From: Thermodesulfobacteriota bacterium
GTDB lineage: Bacteria > Desulfobacterota > Desulfobacteria > Desulfobacterales > C00003060
DNA length: 64,000 nt
NCBI GenBank assembly: GCA_034189385.1
Contig: JAXHVD010000001.1
Coordinates: forward strand, 288,001 to 352,000
Reading direction: 5' to 3'
The translations under genes were made by a program, and so were the position numbers. Positions 8,761 through 18,292 of the stretch are shown piece after piece. The notes beneath the pieces were generated by a model that saw only the letters and a program-made list of their open reading frames with translations, searched no databases and was not told where the DNA came from. The first letter of the stretch is position 1. Every line of letters starts with the position of its first letter.

Positions 8761-9477
8761 TTGAAACGCTATCAAAGACAGATAATCCTTTCTGAATGGG
8801 GTCCGGAAACCCAGAAAAAGCTTAAGGCCGCCAGGGTTTTTGTCGCCGGGGCAGGTGGCCTGGGGTGTCCCGCTGCATTGAATCTTGCCCTCGCAGGTGT
8901 GGGACACATCAGGATCTGCGATTTCGACACTGTTGAGATTAGCAATCTCAACAGACAATTCTTGCATACAGAAAAAAGTGTCGGCACCAGGAAGGCCCGC
9001 TCTGCGCGGGAGACCCTCTTGTCCATCAATTCAGAGATCACCGTTGAGGCCATATCAGAGAAGATCACTGATCGAAACGTGGGTGATGTCGTGGGGGACG
9101 CCCAGGTGATCGTGGATTGCCTAGACAATTTTTCCGCCCGTTATGCCTTGAATAACTGTGCCGTGAGGAAGGGTATCCCCATGGTTCACGGGGCCATATG
9201 GGGGTTGGAAGGGCGTGTCGTCTTTCTCGACCCTCCCAAGACCCCCTGCCTTGCATGCATTTTCCCCAAGGCCCCGGCCAGTGAGCCGTTGCCAGTCATA
9301 GGCGCCGTTTCTTGCGTCACAGGAAGCCTGCAAGCCCTAGAGACCATTAAGTACCTGACTGGGATCGGGAGGCTTTCAGCCGGACGCATGTTGATTATAG
9401 ACGGATCCACCATGGTATTTCAGGAGCTTGAAGTCTTCAGAAACCCCGAATGTCCTGTTTGTGGAGAACAAGAGTGA
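8761..9477 (+). CDS. HesA/MoeB/ThiF family (E1-like) adenylyltransferase
   Basis: RYQRQI, GAGGLG, DFDTVEISNLNRQ, DCLDN, CLAC and CPVC Zn motifs; no rhodanese domain. Confidence 0.9.
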   Translation: MKRYQRQIILSEWGPETQKKLKAARVFVAGAGGLGCPAALNLALAGVGHIRICDFDTVEISNLNRQFLHTEKSVGTRKARSARETLLSINSEITVEAISEKITDRNVGDVVGDAQVIVDCLDNFSARYALNNCAVRKGIPMVHGAIWGLEGRVVFLDPPKTPCLACIFPKAPASEPLPVIGAVSCVTGSLQALETIKYLTGIGRLSAGRMLIIDGSTMVFQELEVFRNPECPVCGEQE

Positions 9478-9496
9478 AAAGAGGTCAAGGTGGGAA

Positions 9497-9982
9497 GCTC
9501 AATGCTTAAAGCTGAAGGCTCAAAGCTTAAAGCGAACAAATACCGCATCAACTGTTTGAAATTGAGTTTATCAACCCTTTGATCATCGACGCTATTTCTA
9601 TTCCACTTAATTCGAGTTTGGAATACGCTTCGTCAGAAATCCATTTCTTTCTTTTGAAGACTTCGAGCAAGGTCATTGTTTCATAGAGAGAGCCTCTCGA
9701 CACATACAAGAACTGAACAAACTCCTTCTTTGAAAAGCGTCCCTTTCCTTCGGCAATATTCATAGACACACTCGTGGAACTAGCTTCAATCTGTTCAAGC
9801 AACCGATAGTGTTTACGGTCTGTAGACAGATCTTCTACAAGATCAATTACCTGAACGGCGAAATCGACCGCCTTGTTCCACACGTCCAGGTTTTGATAGG
9901 CGAATTTCATTGAAATATTGGTCCTCTTTCACCTTCCGACCTTCAGCATTGAGCTTTCAACATTGAGCTCTCCACTTTCAGC
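9497..9982. mobile_element. Four-helix-bundle cassette 2 bounded by inverted GCT(G/C/T)AA(A/G/T) heptamer arrays
   Basis: Five tandem 7-mers at 9497-9531 and six reverse-complement 7-mers at 9941-9982 enclose ORF 9548-9910. Confidence 0.65.
9548..9910 (-). CDS. Four helix bundle protein
   Basis: YQNLDVWNKA, QIEASSTSVSMNIAEGKGR.SKKEF..FL..SRGSL.E. Confidence 0.9.
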   Translation of the reverse strand: MKFAYQNLDVWNKAVDFAVQVIDLVEDLSTDRKHYRLLEQIEASSTSVSMNIAEGKGRFSKKEFVQFLYVSRGSLYETMTLLEVFKRKKWISDEAYSKLELSGIEIASMIKGLINSISNS

Positions 9983-9983
9983 T

Positions 9984-10490
9984 CTATTTTGCCCACTTCG
10001 GGCCTGAAGCATTGTGCACTCTGTCCATGCGGGGTACATAAGGTTTCAGATCCAGCACCGGCGTGCCATGGAAGGCATCGATTGCATCGACCCGGATGAC
10101 ATTATTCCTTACAGAGAGAATCTTGCATACAGAGAGGCCAATGAGGTTGGGCCTCCTGGGGGAGCGGGTGGCAAAGACGCCTGTGAGCGGGTTACTCATG
10201 TTGCCTCTAGGGTGAACACGCAGCGTCTTTCTCTTCTCGGGCGTGTCGTTCTTGTCAAACCAATAGAGAACCACTAAGTGGGAGAACTGATTTAGGCCCA
10301 AAAGGGCATCGGCATATTCTGGGTAGATTTCTATGGTGGTTGTGCCTGCCTCCTTTTTCACCTTTCCCACTGGAAAGACATGAAAGGCGTCCACTGAATC
10401 TTCTTGTTTGCCCTCAGCCGGAGTCAGGGCCAAGCCTGCCGTGACAAGTCCTGCCAAAACAACACATGCCAACACCAAGATCGCTTTCAT
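9984..10490 (-). CDS. tsaA: TsaA/TrmO-like SAM-binding beta-barrel protein with an N-terminal signal peptide
   Basis: GVFATRSPRRPNLIGLS and DAFHGTPVLDLKPY motifs; hydrophobic N-terminus MKAILVLACVVLAGLVTAGLA. Confidence 0.75.
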   Translation of the reverse strand: MKAILVLACVVLAGLVTAGLALTPAEGKQEDSVDAFHVFPVGKVKKEAGTTTIEIYPEYADALLGLNQFSHLVVLYWFDKNDTPEKRKTLRVHPRGNMSNPLTGVFATRSPRRPNLIGLSVCKILSVRNNVIRVDAIDAFHGTPVLDLKPYVPRMDRVHNASGPKWAK

Positions 10491-10752
10491 ATTGACTTCT
10501 CCTAGAAAATAATTTATATTATCAATGTATTAACACAGGGTCGGACACTTGGTCAAGATTAAGATTTCGCTTCTTTTCCTATTTCAGTCATCCCGACTAT
10601 CGGGTTCCTAGATTTCGCATTGTGACAGTAGGCAGTTAGCCCTCCGTGAGACCTTTGAATGACAGGGATAGGCTTTCGATTTTAGACTTTGGAATGCTTT
10701 CGGTTGGAACTCGTCGGTGAAGCCAGCCGAGATATTGCGAAAACCTGTCGCC

Positions 10753-10831
10753 TTCGAACGGTTATTGTGGGTCTTTTTTGGGTACCCGTTCCCGACTCCG
10801 TCGGGATGAGCGGTCCGCCCTGGCGGATCAA
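10753..10831 (-). repeat. Dispersed ~60-80 bp hairpin repeat, copy A (TCCCGAC-GGA-GTCGGGA core)
   Basis: Reverse complement aligns with copies at 19921, 45259 and 56471. Confidence 0.75.
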
Positions 10832-10907
10832 ATAGCTCACAGAATCAAGTGAGAAGGGGTTGTGCAAAGGTCTCGCATGGCCTTAGAGCTCAAAGGAGGT
10901 AGTCGAA

Positions 10908-12968
10908 GTGAAGGAAAAATGGGTACCCACTGAATTGTTGCTGTCTTTTCTTGTACTAGTGACCATTCATGGAGGTGCGAGGGCAGCCACTATTTATGTG
11001 CCTGACGATCATGGGACCATTCAGATTGCCATTAATAACGCTGCTGACGGAGACACCATTATTGTCAGAGACGGGACATACACGGAGTATGTCGAGCTTG
11101 GCACTTCGGCTGCCAATACAAAAAACAACCTGATCATCCAAGCTGAAAATGAAGGCTCTGCTATCATTCAATGTACAGACAGCGGCGATGTTCCGGTTAT
11201 ATACATAGAAGGAGATAGCGAGGGAGTACCGACAGGCACCATCATAGATGGTTTTGATATCAAGAGGTCAAGTGGTGGAAAAGGCGCCGGGGTTTTTATC
11301 AGCAACGCAAATACGAGTACCTATGCTGCTGTCACTGTGGAGGATTGCACCATATCCGGGGACACAAGCCTTCACTCGGGGGTTAGATTAAATGGGTATA
11401 TTGAAGCCACTATTACCGGAAACACAATCACCGGACCAAAAGAAGCCGGCATAGCCACCTCTGCCCCTGATTACTCTTCAAATGAAGACTATCTTTATGA
11501 AGATTCGATCGTAACGATTGAGGACAATATCATAAACGGCAATAGTGTCACCGATCAAGCTGGCATATTCCTAAAGGGGCATGCCGACAATACCACCCAG
11601 GTCGTCATCCGAGGCACGAGCACTGGCGTGCCAAAGACCTCCCGTATCTATGGAAATAGAACAGCCGGAATACGATTGGAAGATATTTACGGTGCTGTTA
11701 CGATTGATAATAACCAGGTTAATAACAATTCAAAAGCAGGAATATGCATGATAGATATAGGTTCAGAAAGCGCGATCGCAACCATTCAGAATAACAATAT
11801 TAACGATAATACTCAAGCCGGCATTACGGTAGCCGGTGCGTCTTATTTAACTATTGGGAGTAATAATAACATCAATGACAATGGAACGGGCGGAGTGGCT
11901 TTTAACAAAGCAACCATAACGATTTTATATTCAGACCCCATAAACGCCAGTTCACAACCGGTGACGATTTCAGGAAATAAGATCTACTCTAACAACACGT
12001 ATGCCGGAATCGGGATAATAGATGCCATTACTGGGACCGTAACTATTACCGACCAAAACGATATTTATCAAAATACTCGGGGAGGGATTGGGATCCAAAA
12101 TTCCTGTGAACTTCGCATTATCGGGAACAAGATCCGTGACAATGTGCGCGGAGGAATCCATACCGGCACCGATATAGCAGATGATGCCTTCAGTGATACT
12201 ACAGGGTTTCTTGGCGGTCCTGGCTCCGCTGACCTTACCATTACACAAAACAAGATCTATGGCAATGGTGAAAGCGGCTACGGCGGTGGCATTGATGTAA
12301 GACATGCTTCCGGCACCATTCATAACAACCTGGTGTATAGAAATCACAGAGGGGGGATCAGGTTCGGCGATTATATTACCGAGATTGTCAACAACACAGT
12401 AGCTCATAACGGCAATGACAACGACACCCCCACCGATCCAGATGACGATACTGGGGGCGGTATTGTTTATGACAACCTTGCAGGTGCTGTTAATGCGCAA
12501 CCAGAGGGAACACTTAGCGATTCCGCTAATTACCCCAATCCCCGCATAAGGAATAACATTTCTGCCTATAACATAACAACAGGACTCAGGGTTGGAAAAA
12601 TGCCAACGGATCTTACTACATGTCCCGACAACCCGGTTTATTCTTCTGATAGTATTAATTATAGGGACTATAACCTCGTATATCTCAATAATGGAACAAC
12701 CGATGATTGCGGGTGGTATACAGATACTGGTGTTTCCTATGCACGCATTTTGTCCTGTGCAAATAAGCAGTACGGTGGTTGTGGGGCAAACTGGCCCTAT
12801 CCGTTTGTAATGGTGGACCCACATGATATTATCGCAGATCCCCTGTTTGTAAGTACTACGGAGGGAAGTGAAGACTATCACCTTAAAGCCGGATCGCCAG
12901 CCATAGGTGGCGGAGTTGGTGGGGCCACGATGGGTGCCTATGGGGGTTCCGATCCGATCAATTGGTAG
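10908..12968 (+). CDS. Secreted right-handed parallel beta-helix (pectin-lyase-like/NosD) repeat protein
   Basis: Signal peptide, IYVPDDHGTIQ.AI start, many I..N.I..N...GI repeats, C-terminal DPLFV...DYHL...SPAI...MGAYGG. Confidence 0.85.
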   Translation: MKEKWVPTELLLSFLVLVTIHGGARAATIYVPDDHGTIQIAINNAADGDTIIVRDGTYTEYVELGTSAANTKNNLIIQAENEGSAIIQCTDSGDVPVIYIEGDSEGVPTGTIIDGFDIKRSSGGKGAGVFISNANTSTYAAVTVEDCTISGDTSLHSGVRLNGYIEATITGNTITGPKEAGIATSAPDYSSNEDYLYEDSIVTIEDNIINGNSVTDQAGIFLKGHADNTTQVVIRGTSTGVPKTSRIYGNRTAGIRLEDIYGAVTIDNNQVNNNSKAGICMIDIGSESAIATIQNNNINDNTQAGITVAGASYLTIGSNNNINDNGTGGVAFNKATITILYSDPINASSQPVTISGNKIYSNNTYAGIGIIDAITGTVTITDQNDIYQNTRGGIGIQNSCELRIIGNKIRDNVRGGIHTGTDIADDAFSDTTGFLGGPGSADLTITQNKIYGNGESGYGGGIDVRHASGTIHNNLVYRNHRGGIRFGDYITEIVNNTVAHNGNDNDTPTDPDDDTGGGIVYDNLAGAVNAQPEGTLSDSANYPNPRIRNNISAYNITTGLRVGKMPTDLTTCPDNPVYSSDSINYRDYNLVYLNNGTTDDCGWYTDTGVSYARILSCANKQYGGCGANWPYPFVMVDPHDIIADPLFVSTTEGSEDYHLKAGSPAIGGGVGGATMGAYGGSDPINW

Positions 12969-13088
12969 TCTTTTGGTAAGAATTGAGCGATTCATGTTTT
13001 ATGTTCATCGAGCAATGCACACATCTCCTGGGTGAGGGGATAACGGTCAAAAGGAAACTGTCATCAAACTCATAGTGAGAATAAGACC

Positions 13089-14159
13089 ATGAAATCTAAA
13101 CTGACTGCTTTGTTTGCCCTATTATTAACCGTAATGCTGAGTTTCAGTAGCCTGGTCCGTGGTGGACAGGTTGTCAAAAATTCCTATGAGGATAGTTTCC
13201 CCTGGGTGAAGGGTGACTGTTTAGTCTGGCAAGGTAATATCGACGGCGATTGGGAGATTTTTCTCTATAACATAGCTGCCAAAGAATTCTGCCAGATTAC
13301 CGATAATGACTATGGTGACATTTCCCCTCGGACTGATGGGAATTATGTGGTCTGGTTAGGATTTAGCTCTTCTGGTGGTGAAATCTTCCTGTACGATATA
13401 TCGAACGGCAAAACCACTCAAATTACCAATGACACGAATGTAGATTCCCCTCCTCAGATTGCAAATGGCCGGGTAGTGTGGACATCACAGGAGGTCACGG
13501 GGTCAGTTGAACCGGGCGAGATCTTTCTTCATGACATTGTCCCTAGAATGACGACGCCAGTGTCTGCCTCTGTTGATCCTTTGGGCACCCTGGATGACAG
13601 TTTCCCCCGCATTAATGATGAAGGCGTTACGTGGGTGCAAGCCGATGATGCAGGCAATACCGCCTTGTTTGTGTATTACTTTGGTAATAATGGTAATGGT
13701 GCCGAACCTGCCCCTGAAGGCTTTGTATGGACCGACAGTGCCCAGACAGATGGAGATTTAACGGTGATGACCCGATTCGATGGAAACGACAGGGAGATCG
13801 TTGTCTATAACGCTAGCCTCAAGACATATGAGCAGATCACCGATAATGACATTGAGGATAGAGATCCCCGCATCAGTGGAACTCACATAGCTTGGGTGGG
13901 GGGTGAAGGGCAGGCCGCAGAGATATACCTCAGTGCCGACGTTGACATGGAGCCAGACAACGGTGAGGATGACGATCCAGAGGAACCAGGTCCTCCAAGC
14001 GGAGGTGGTGGCGGTGGAGGGGGGTCTTGTTTTATTGGAACAGCGTCTTGCGGTGAAACCACGAAGGGCCCGGGGTACGTGATGGTAGGGGGTCTTATCT
14101 CGGCCGCCCTTGTGTTTTTTTTCTGGGTAAGAAAAGAGCATATGTCTCGTCACTTCTAA
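13089..14159 (+). CDS. Secreted TolB-like beta-propeller repeat protein with CFI-box-CTERM-like tail and TM anchor
   Basis: Repeated EIFLYDI...QITDN..D..P.I.G..VVW units; GGGGGGGSCFIGTA followed by a TM helix and basic residues. Confidence 0.75.
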   Translation: MKSKLTALFALLLTVMLSFSSLVRGGQVVKNSYEDSFPWVKGDCLVWQGNIDGDWEIFLYNIAAKEFCQITDNDYGDISPRTDGNYVVWLGFSSSGGEIFLYDISNGKTTQITNDTNVDSPPQIANGRVVWTSQEVTGSVEPGEIFLHDIVPRMTTPVSASVDPLGTLDDSFPRINDEGVTWVQADDAGNTALFVYYFGNNGNGAEPAPEGFVWTDSAQTDGDLTVMTRFDGNDREIVVYNASLKTYEQITDNDIEDRDPRISGTHIAWVGGEGQAAEIYLSADVDMEPDNGEDDDPEEPGPPSGGGGGGGGSCFIGTASCGETTKGPGYVMVGGLISAALVFFFWVRKEHMSRHF

Positions 14160-14233
14160 ATGGGACTGCTGAGGCGGACATTGTCCTTCCGCCTTCTTCG
14201 ACATATCAATTCATCCCAATAGCGAGGTCTAAC

Positions 14234-17200
14234 ATGCGAATGGTCTGCCTCTATTTCTTCATGGCATTTTTGATCCTCTGGGCATCAGGCGCCGCGGCCG
14301 AGAATCTTGTGACAAATCCAGGATTTGAGGCAGGCATTGGCTCGCCGTGGGCGAGCAACTCCCAGACATATTACTCTTTAGACAGCGGGGCATTTCATGC
14401 TGGCGCCCAATCTCTTAAAGTAACCGTTTCTGAGACTGCAGGCAATCATATTTGGATGGGTCAGAGTCTCCAGGTGACTCCAGGTGAATCTTACGATGTT
14501 GGCGCGTGGATTAAGACGGAGAGTGTGAGCGGTGCCGGAGCACAGGTATTCGTGGAATGGTCCAGCCCAAGCACATGGTTAGGTGGAGAATATGGTTTCA
14601 AGACAGTGAAAGGCACCCAAGACTGGCAGTATACTGGTCTCTCAGGTCTGATAATGCCGGAAAACGCGACAACCGCCACGGTTTTTGTCTCCATGCTGCA
14701 AGGATCAACGGGGACGGCCTGGTTTGACGATGTCATGGTGGAAAGACAGGCAAAGTCCGTTTTGGAGACGGTCCTGTTACGGCCAAACTACAGGGACAAG
14801 CTTTTACCGGATGCGCGGTCTCCTGAAATAGGAGTAGAAGTTATTCTGACCCCTGAAGAGGAGGATTTGACGCTGGGCGAATTAGAGATCACGGTGGCGC
14901 TCAAGAATGAAAGCGGGGATATTGTTCTCCAAGATGGTCCCATAGTTCCTTCGTCGAAGCGTTTTGAGGTGGACTTGGATATTGCCGCCGATACCCCACC
15001 GGGAGATTACACTCTTGCCATAGATCTCTTCACAGGCAAAACTCTCCTAAAGCAAGACACGTACCTAATAGAGAGATTGTCACAGGAGGCGTTTGACGAT
15101 TTGACCTCCTACATTGATAGCTACGGCCGTTTTATTCTTAATGACGAGCCTTTTTTCCCTCTGGGTTTATATGTGGTTGAATGCACCAATGGCAGTTACG
15201 CTGCCGAGCTAGATGAAATAGCTGACAGCCCTTTCGACACGTTGATGAATTATAGCGTCAACCGATGTGGCTCTGATGCGACGGACGCTCAGATCTGGGG
15301 GTACTTGGATGAACTGGCATTGCCATCGCGAGATTTGAAACTCATCTTTTCCCTTTCAGAGTACTTTGACGGGGCGCCGGCGGGCTGGGCTACTTGGATG
15401 TTTTCTATGCCTACAGACGGCACTTTCGACCTTTATGGCTGGTGGACGGGAGGTTCAAACAGGGCCAGCGATGCGCCCTATATGGTAAGCTATGGCAGCT
15501 TCTCTCAAACCATCAACATCGACCAGAGAATTCAGACCGGGGCCTGGAATTATATAGGCTCTTTCACCTTTGCCGGGTCAACATCGGGCACTGTGGTTTT
15601 AGGCAATGATGCCAATGGCTATGTGATTGCCGATGCCATTGGATGGGATACCGATGGAGATAGCAACCCAGACATCATTGTTGATGATGTGGATGCGGGG
15701 TTTTCCACCCAAGGCAATGGCTGGCTTACAAGTACGTCCGTTAATTCATACCTTAATCATGAGCATTATCATGCCAGGTTTTCCGATGACATTGCTACTA
15801 TAACTCACAAGGTGAACACCTTTAAGGCCCATCCTGCAGTCATAAGCTGGTATCTCAATGACGAACGCGACCCGACGAACTATCTGTCTCAATTGGAAGA
15901 ACGGTATGCTGCGATAACACAGGCGGATGGGAACCATCCCGTTTGGTCCGTGCATTGGAATACCGATTGGTTACTACAAGAGGGGCATACGACAGACATC
16001 GTGGGAATGGACTCGTATCCAATAGAGAACTTACCAATCACCGTTGTCGGAGAAGTGGCGGATACAGCACTCCAGGCTGGCAGACCCCTTTGGTTTGTGC
16101 CCCAGATATTTGATTGGAGGGATTATCCCGGTGACCCGGCGGGGCGCGATCTCACAGGGCGGCCTCCCACAAAAGAAGAAATGCGGGCCATGACCTATCT
16201 GGCCACCAACCATGGTGCCAAGGGACTCATTTACTACTCTTATTTCAACATCCGGGATGATGCCGATTATGGGACCAGGTGGCCACAGATAAAGGAGATT
16301 GCAGCTGAGATTCGTGACCTCAGGGATGTCATCCTTTCCATTCACCAGACGAATGATAACGACATTGCCTGTGACAACAGCAATATTGACTTTAAGTTGA
16401 TGAGAGAAGGCAATAGGTACTATCTCTTCGCGGTCAACACAAAGGAGCAAGCCCTGGCTGATGTGTCATTCGCCATCAACATGGAGCTGGAATCATCAAC
16501 CGTTGACGTGCGTTTCGAAGAAGACCTCGACGGTGATAGACAGGTATCTCTAATAAACGGTACGATAATAGATAGTTTTAGCCCTTACGAGGTGCACGTC
16601 TATTCTTGGCAAGGTGCTGCTGACAAAGACGGAGATGGTTTTGATTCGTTGGAGGAATGGGGGCCTAACAGAGATGATCCCAACTACGATGGTAATGGGG
16701 ACGGCTATGCGGACAGCGAATATGCGAATGTGGCCTCAGGTCATACTTTTGACAAGCAGCACTATGTGACTTTGGCTGTTTCCGAACCGGGCCGTTTAAG
16801 TCATTGTGCGGCCATTGACAACCCGGATCCGGCAAACACCCCATTCAGAAGAGGGTTTCCCCACGGCTTCTTTCGTTTTCAGGTCAGCGAATTTGATTCA
16901 CAGGACGGTTGCAAAGACGTGACCCTGCTGCTGCCCAGAAATACGAACATTGAGGCTTACTACAAATACGGAAGGACACCAGACAGCCCTGATCATGACC
17001 ACTGGTACGAATTCATGTTTGACAGAGAGACGGGTGCTGAGATCTTTCACGAGGAGACCTTGACCCGGATCGTCCTCCATCTGTGTGATGGAAAGCGGGG
17101 AGATGATGCTCTTTCCGTTGTCGGCACGATTGTTGACACAGGAGGCCCTGCCATCATCACCACTGCTGCACCTTCTGTGGTCACGGGCACGGCCGATTCG

Positions 17201-17536
17201 GTGACCTCAAGTTCGGCCAAGCTGACTGGGACGGTCAATCCCAATGGTGAAAGCACCACGTCTTATTTCGAGTACGGTACGACCGAAAGCTACGAATTGA
17301 GCACAGGGGGCTTGAATTTGAATGCAGGCGGTACGGCAGAGCCCGTGAGTGAAGATATTTCCGGGCTGAATAAGGGCACAAGCTATCATTTCCGTTTGGT
17401 GGCCACAAATACCAAAGGGGCAGTGTACGGAGATGACATGACCTTTACTACGAAAAGCGGCGGTGGTGGTGGCGGTGGAGGTTGCTTTGTGGCCACGGCA
17501 GGTTTGAGCCTAACCCTGCCCCTGTTTCATCCGTGA
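14234..17536 (+). CDS. Secreted multidomain protein: CBM4/9-like, glycoside-hydrolase-like barrel with inserted golvesin-like module, choice-of-anchor-U-like, FN3-like, CFI-box tail
   Basis: NLVTNPGFE...AWFDDV; PFFPLGLY...HPAVISWYLNDE...DSYPI...WFVPQ; YYKYG.TP...HWYEF...DGKRGDD; GGGGGGGGCFVATA. Confidence 0.7.
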   Translation: MRMVCLYFFMAFLILWASGAAAENLVTNPGFEAGIGSPWASNSQTYYSLDSGAFHAGAQSLKVTVSETAGNHIWMGQSLQVTPGESYDVGAWIKTESVSGAGAQVFVEWSSPSTWLGGEYGFKTVKGTQDWQYTGLSGLIMPENATTATVFVSMLQGSTGTAWFDDVMVERQAKSVLETVLLRPNYRDKLLPDARSPEIGVEVILTPEEEDLTLGELEITVALKNESGDIVLQDGPIVPSSKRFEVDLDIAADTPPGDYTLAIDLFTGKTLLKQDTYLIERLSQEAFDDLTSYIDSYGRFILNDEPFFPLGLYVVECTNGSYAAELDEIADSPFDTLMNYSVNRCGSDATDAQIWGYLDELALPSRDLKLIFSLSEYFDGAPAGWATWMFSMPTDGTFDLYGWWTGGSNRASDAPYMVSYGSFSQTINIDQRIQTGAWNYIGSFTFAGSTSGTVVLGNDANGYVIADAIGWDTDGDSNPDIIVDDVDAGFSTQGNGWLTSTSVNSYLNHEHYHARFSDDIATITHKVNTFKAHPAVISWYLNDERDPTNYLSQLEERYAAITQADGNHPVWSVHWNTDWLLQEGHTTDIVGMDSYPIENLPITVVGEVADTALQAGRPLWFVPQIFDWRDYPGDPAGRDLTGRPPTKEEMRAMTYLATNHGAKGLIYYSYFNIRDDADYGTRWPQIKEIAAEIRDLRDVILSIHQTNDNDIACDNSNIDFKLMREGNRYYLFAVNTKEQALADVSFAINMELESSTVDVRFEEDLDGDRQVSLINGTIIDSFSPYEVHVYSWQGAADKDGDGFDSLEEWGPNRDDPNYDGNGDGYADSEYANVASGHTFDKQHYVTLAVSEPGRLSHCAAIDNPDPANTPFRRGFPHGFFRFQVSEFDSQDGCKDVTLLLPRNTNIEAYYKYGRTPDSPDHDHWYEFMFDRETGAEIFHEETLTRIVLHLCDGKRGDDALSVVGTIVDTGGPAIITTAAPSVVTGTADSVTSSSAKLTGTVNPNGESTTSYFEYGTTESYELSTGGLNLNAGGTAEPVSEDISGLNKGTSYHFRLVATNTKGAVYGDDMTFTTKSGGGGGGGGCFVATAGLSLTLPLFHP

Positions 17537-17565
17537 GAGCCTTTGATGAGTACAACTTGTTTTTC

Positions 17566-17607
17566 CTTTCCGCATTGACCTTTCAACTTTCAGCCCCCGG
17601 CTTCTAG
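17566..17607 (-). repeat. Degenerate solo heptamer array (ctttccg cattgac ctttcaa ctttcag ...)
   Basis: Same 7-mer family as the 9941-9982 arm. Confidence 0.5.
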
Positions 17608-17782
17608 GCCTGATTTCATGACACTGAGGGCTTTTCACAGCCTCTTCTCGCTGGTTCCCATAAGTTTCTTGATCCGCAAGGATGGACCGTTCACTTTGCC
17701 TAGCCCCGGGTACGCCGAAAATCTCATAATGTCGTAAGAATGGGTGTGAAGATGTTTCACCAGTGTTCACATGTACTCATAG

Positions 17783-18292
17783 GTGCTACTTGTGGATAAG
17801 TTTACGAGTTTTATGAAAGTCTTGGGGGCTCTTGAAAAAAAGGGTGTGGAATACATTCTTGTTGGTGGGGTAGCTGTCGTTCTTCAGGGCCTACCACGTA
17901 CTACAGAGGATGTGGATATCTTTGTCAAGCCGGAGCAAGCAAATATTGAGAGGCTTAGAGAAGCTCTTATGTCTGTATATAATGACACTTGTATTGGTGA
18001 GATCACACTTAGTGAGTTGGAACGGTATCCAGTCATACGGTACGGAACCCCTGATGGATTTTGCTTAGATATCCTTGCCCGTTTGGGCGAAGCGGTTGCT
18101 TTTGATGACTTGGATATGGAAGTAGTTGAAGTCCATGACGTTAACGTCCGCGTAGCCACGCCGGAAACATTATATCGTTTGAAAAAGGACACGGTGCGGC
18201 CGAAAGATCGCCAGGACGCCCTGTTTCTGAGGAAACTCATCGGGCAACGAAGCCTGAAGAAAGAAGCCTGTGACGGAGATAGCTCACAATGA
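17783..18292 (+). CDS. Nucleotidyltransferase-fold protein (TA-associated MNT-like)
   Basis: YILVGGVAV...PRTTEDVDI and K...RPKD..D motifs. Confidence 0.75.
   Translation: MLLVDKFTSFMKVLGALEKKGVEYILVGGVAVVLQGLPRTTEDVDIFVKPEQANIERLREALMSVYNDTCIGEITLSELERYPVIRYGTPDGFCLDILARLGEAVAFDDLDMEVVEVHDVNVRVATPETLYRLKKDTVRPKDRQDALFLRKLIGQRSLKKEACDGDSSQ

Noticed and set aside
52..9477. Selenocysteine (UGA) read-through in the YedE cluster
   Set aside because: The TGA codons at 4808, 8525 and 9475 fall at natural family C-termini; key motifs (GGGCPD, CxxC) use Cys codons
11970..12995. Long antisense ORFs (also 291-1028, 34882-35457, 57829-58497 and others)
   Set aside because: They shadow well-supported genes on the opposite strand and have no recognisable motifs
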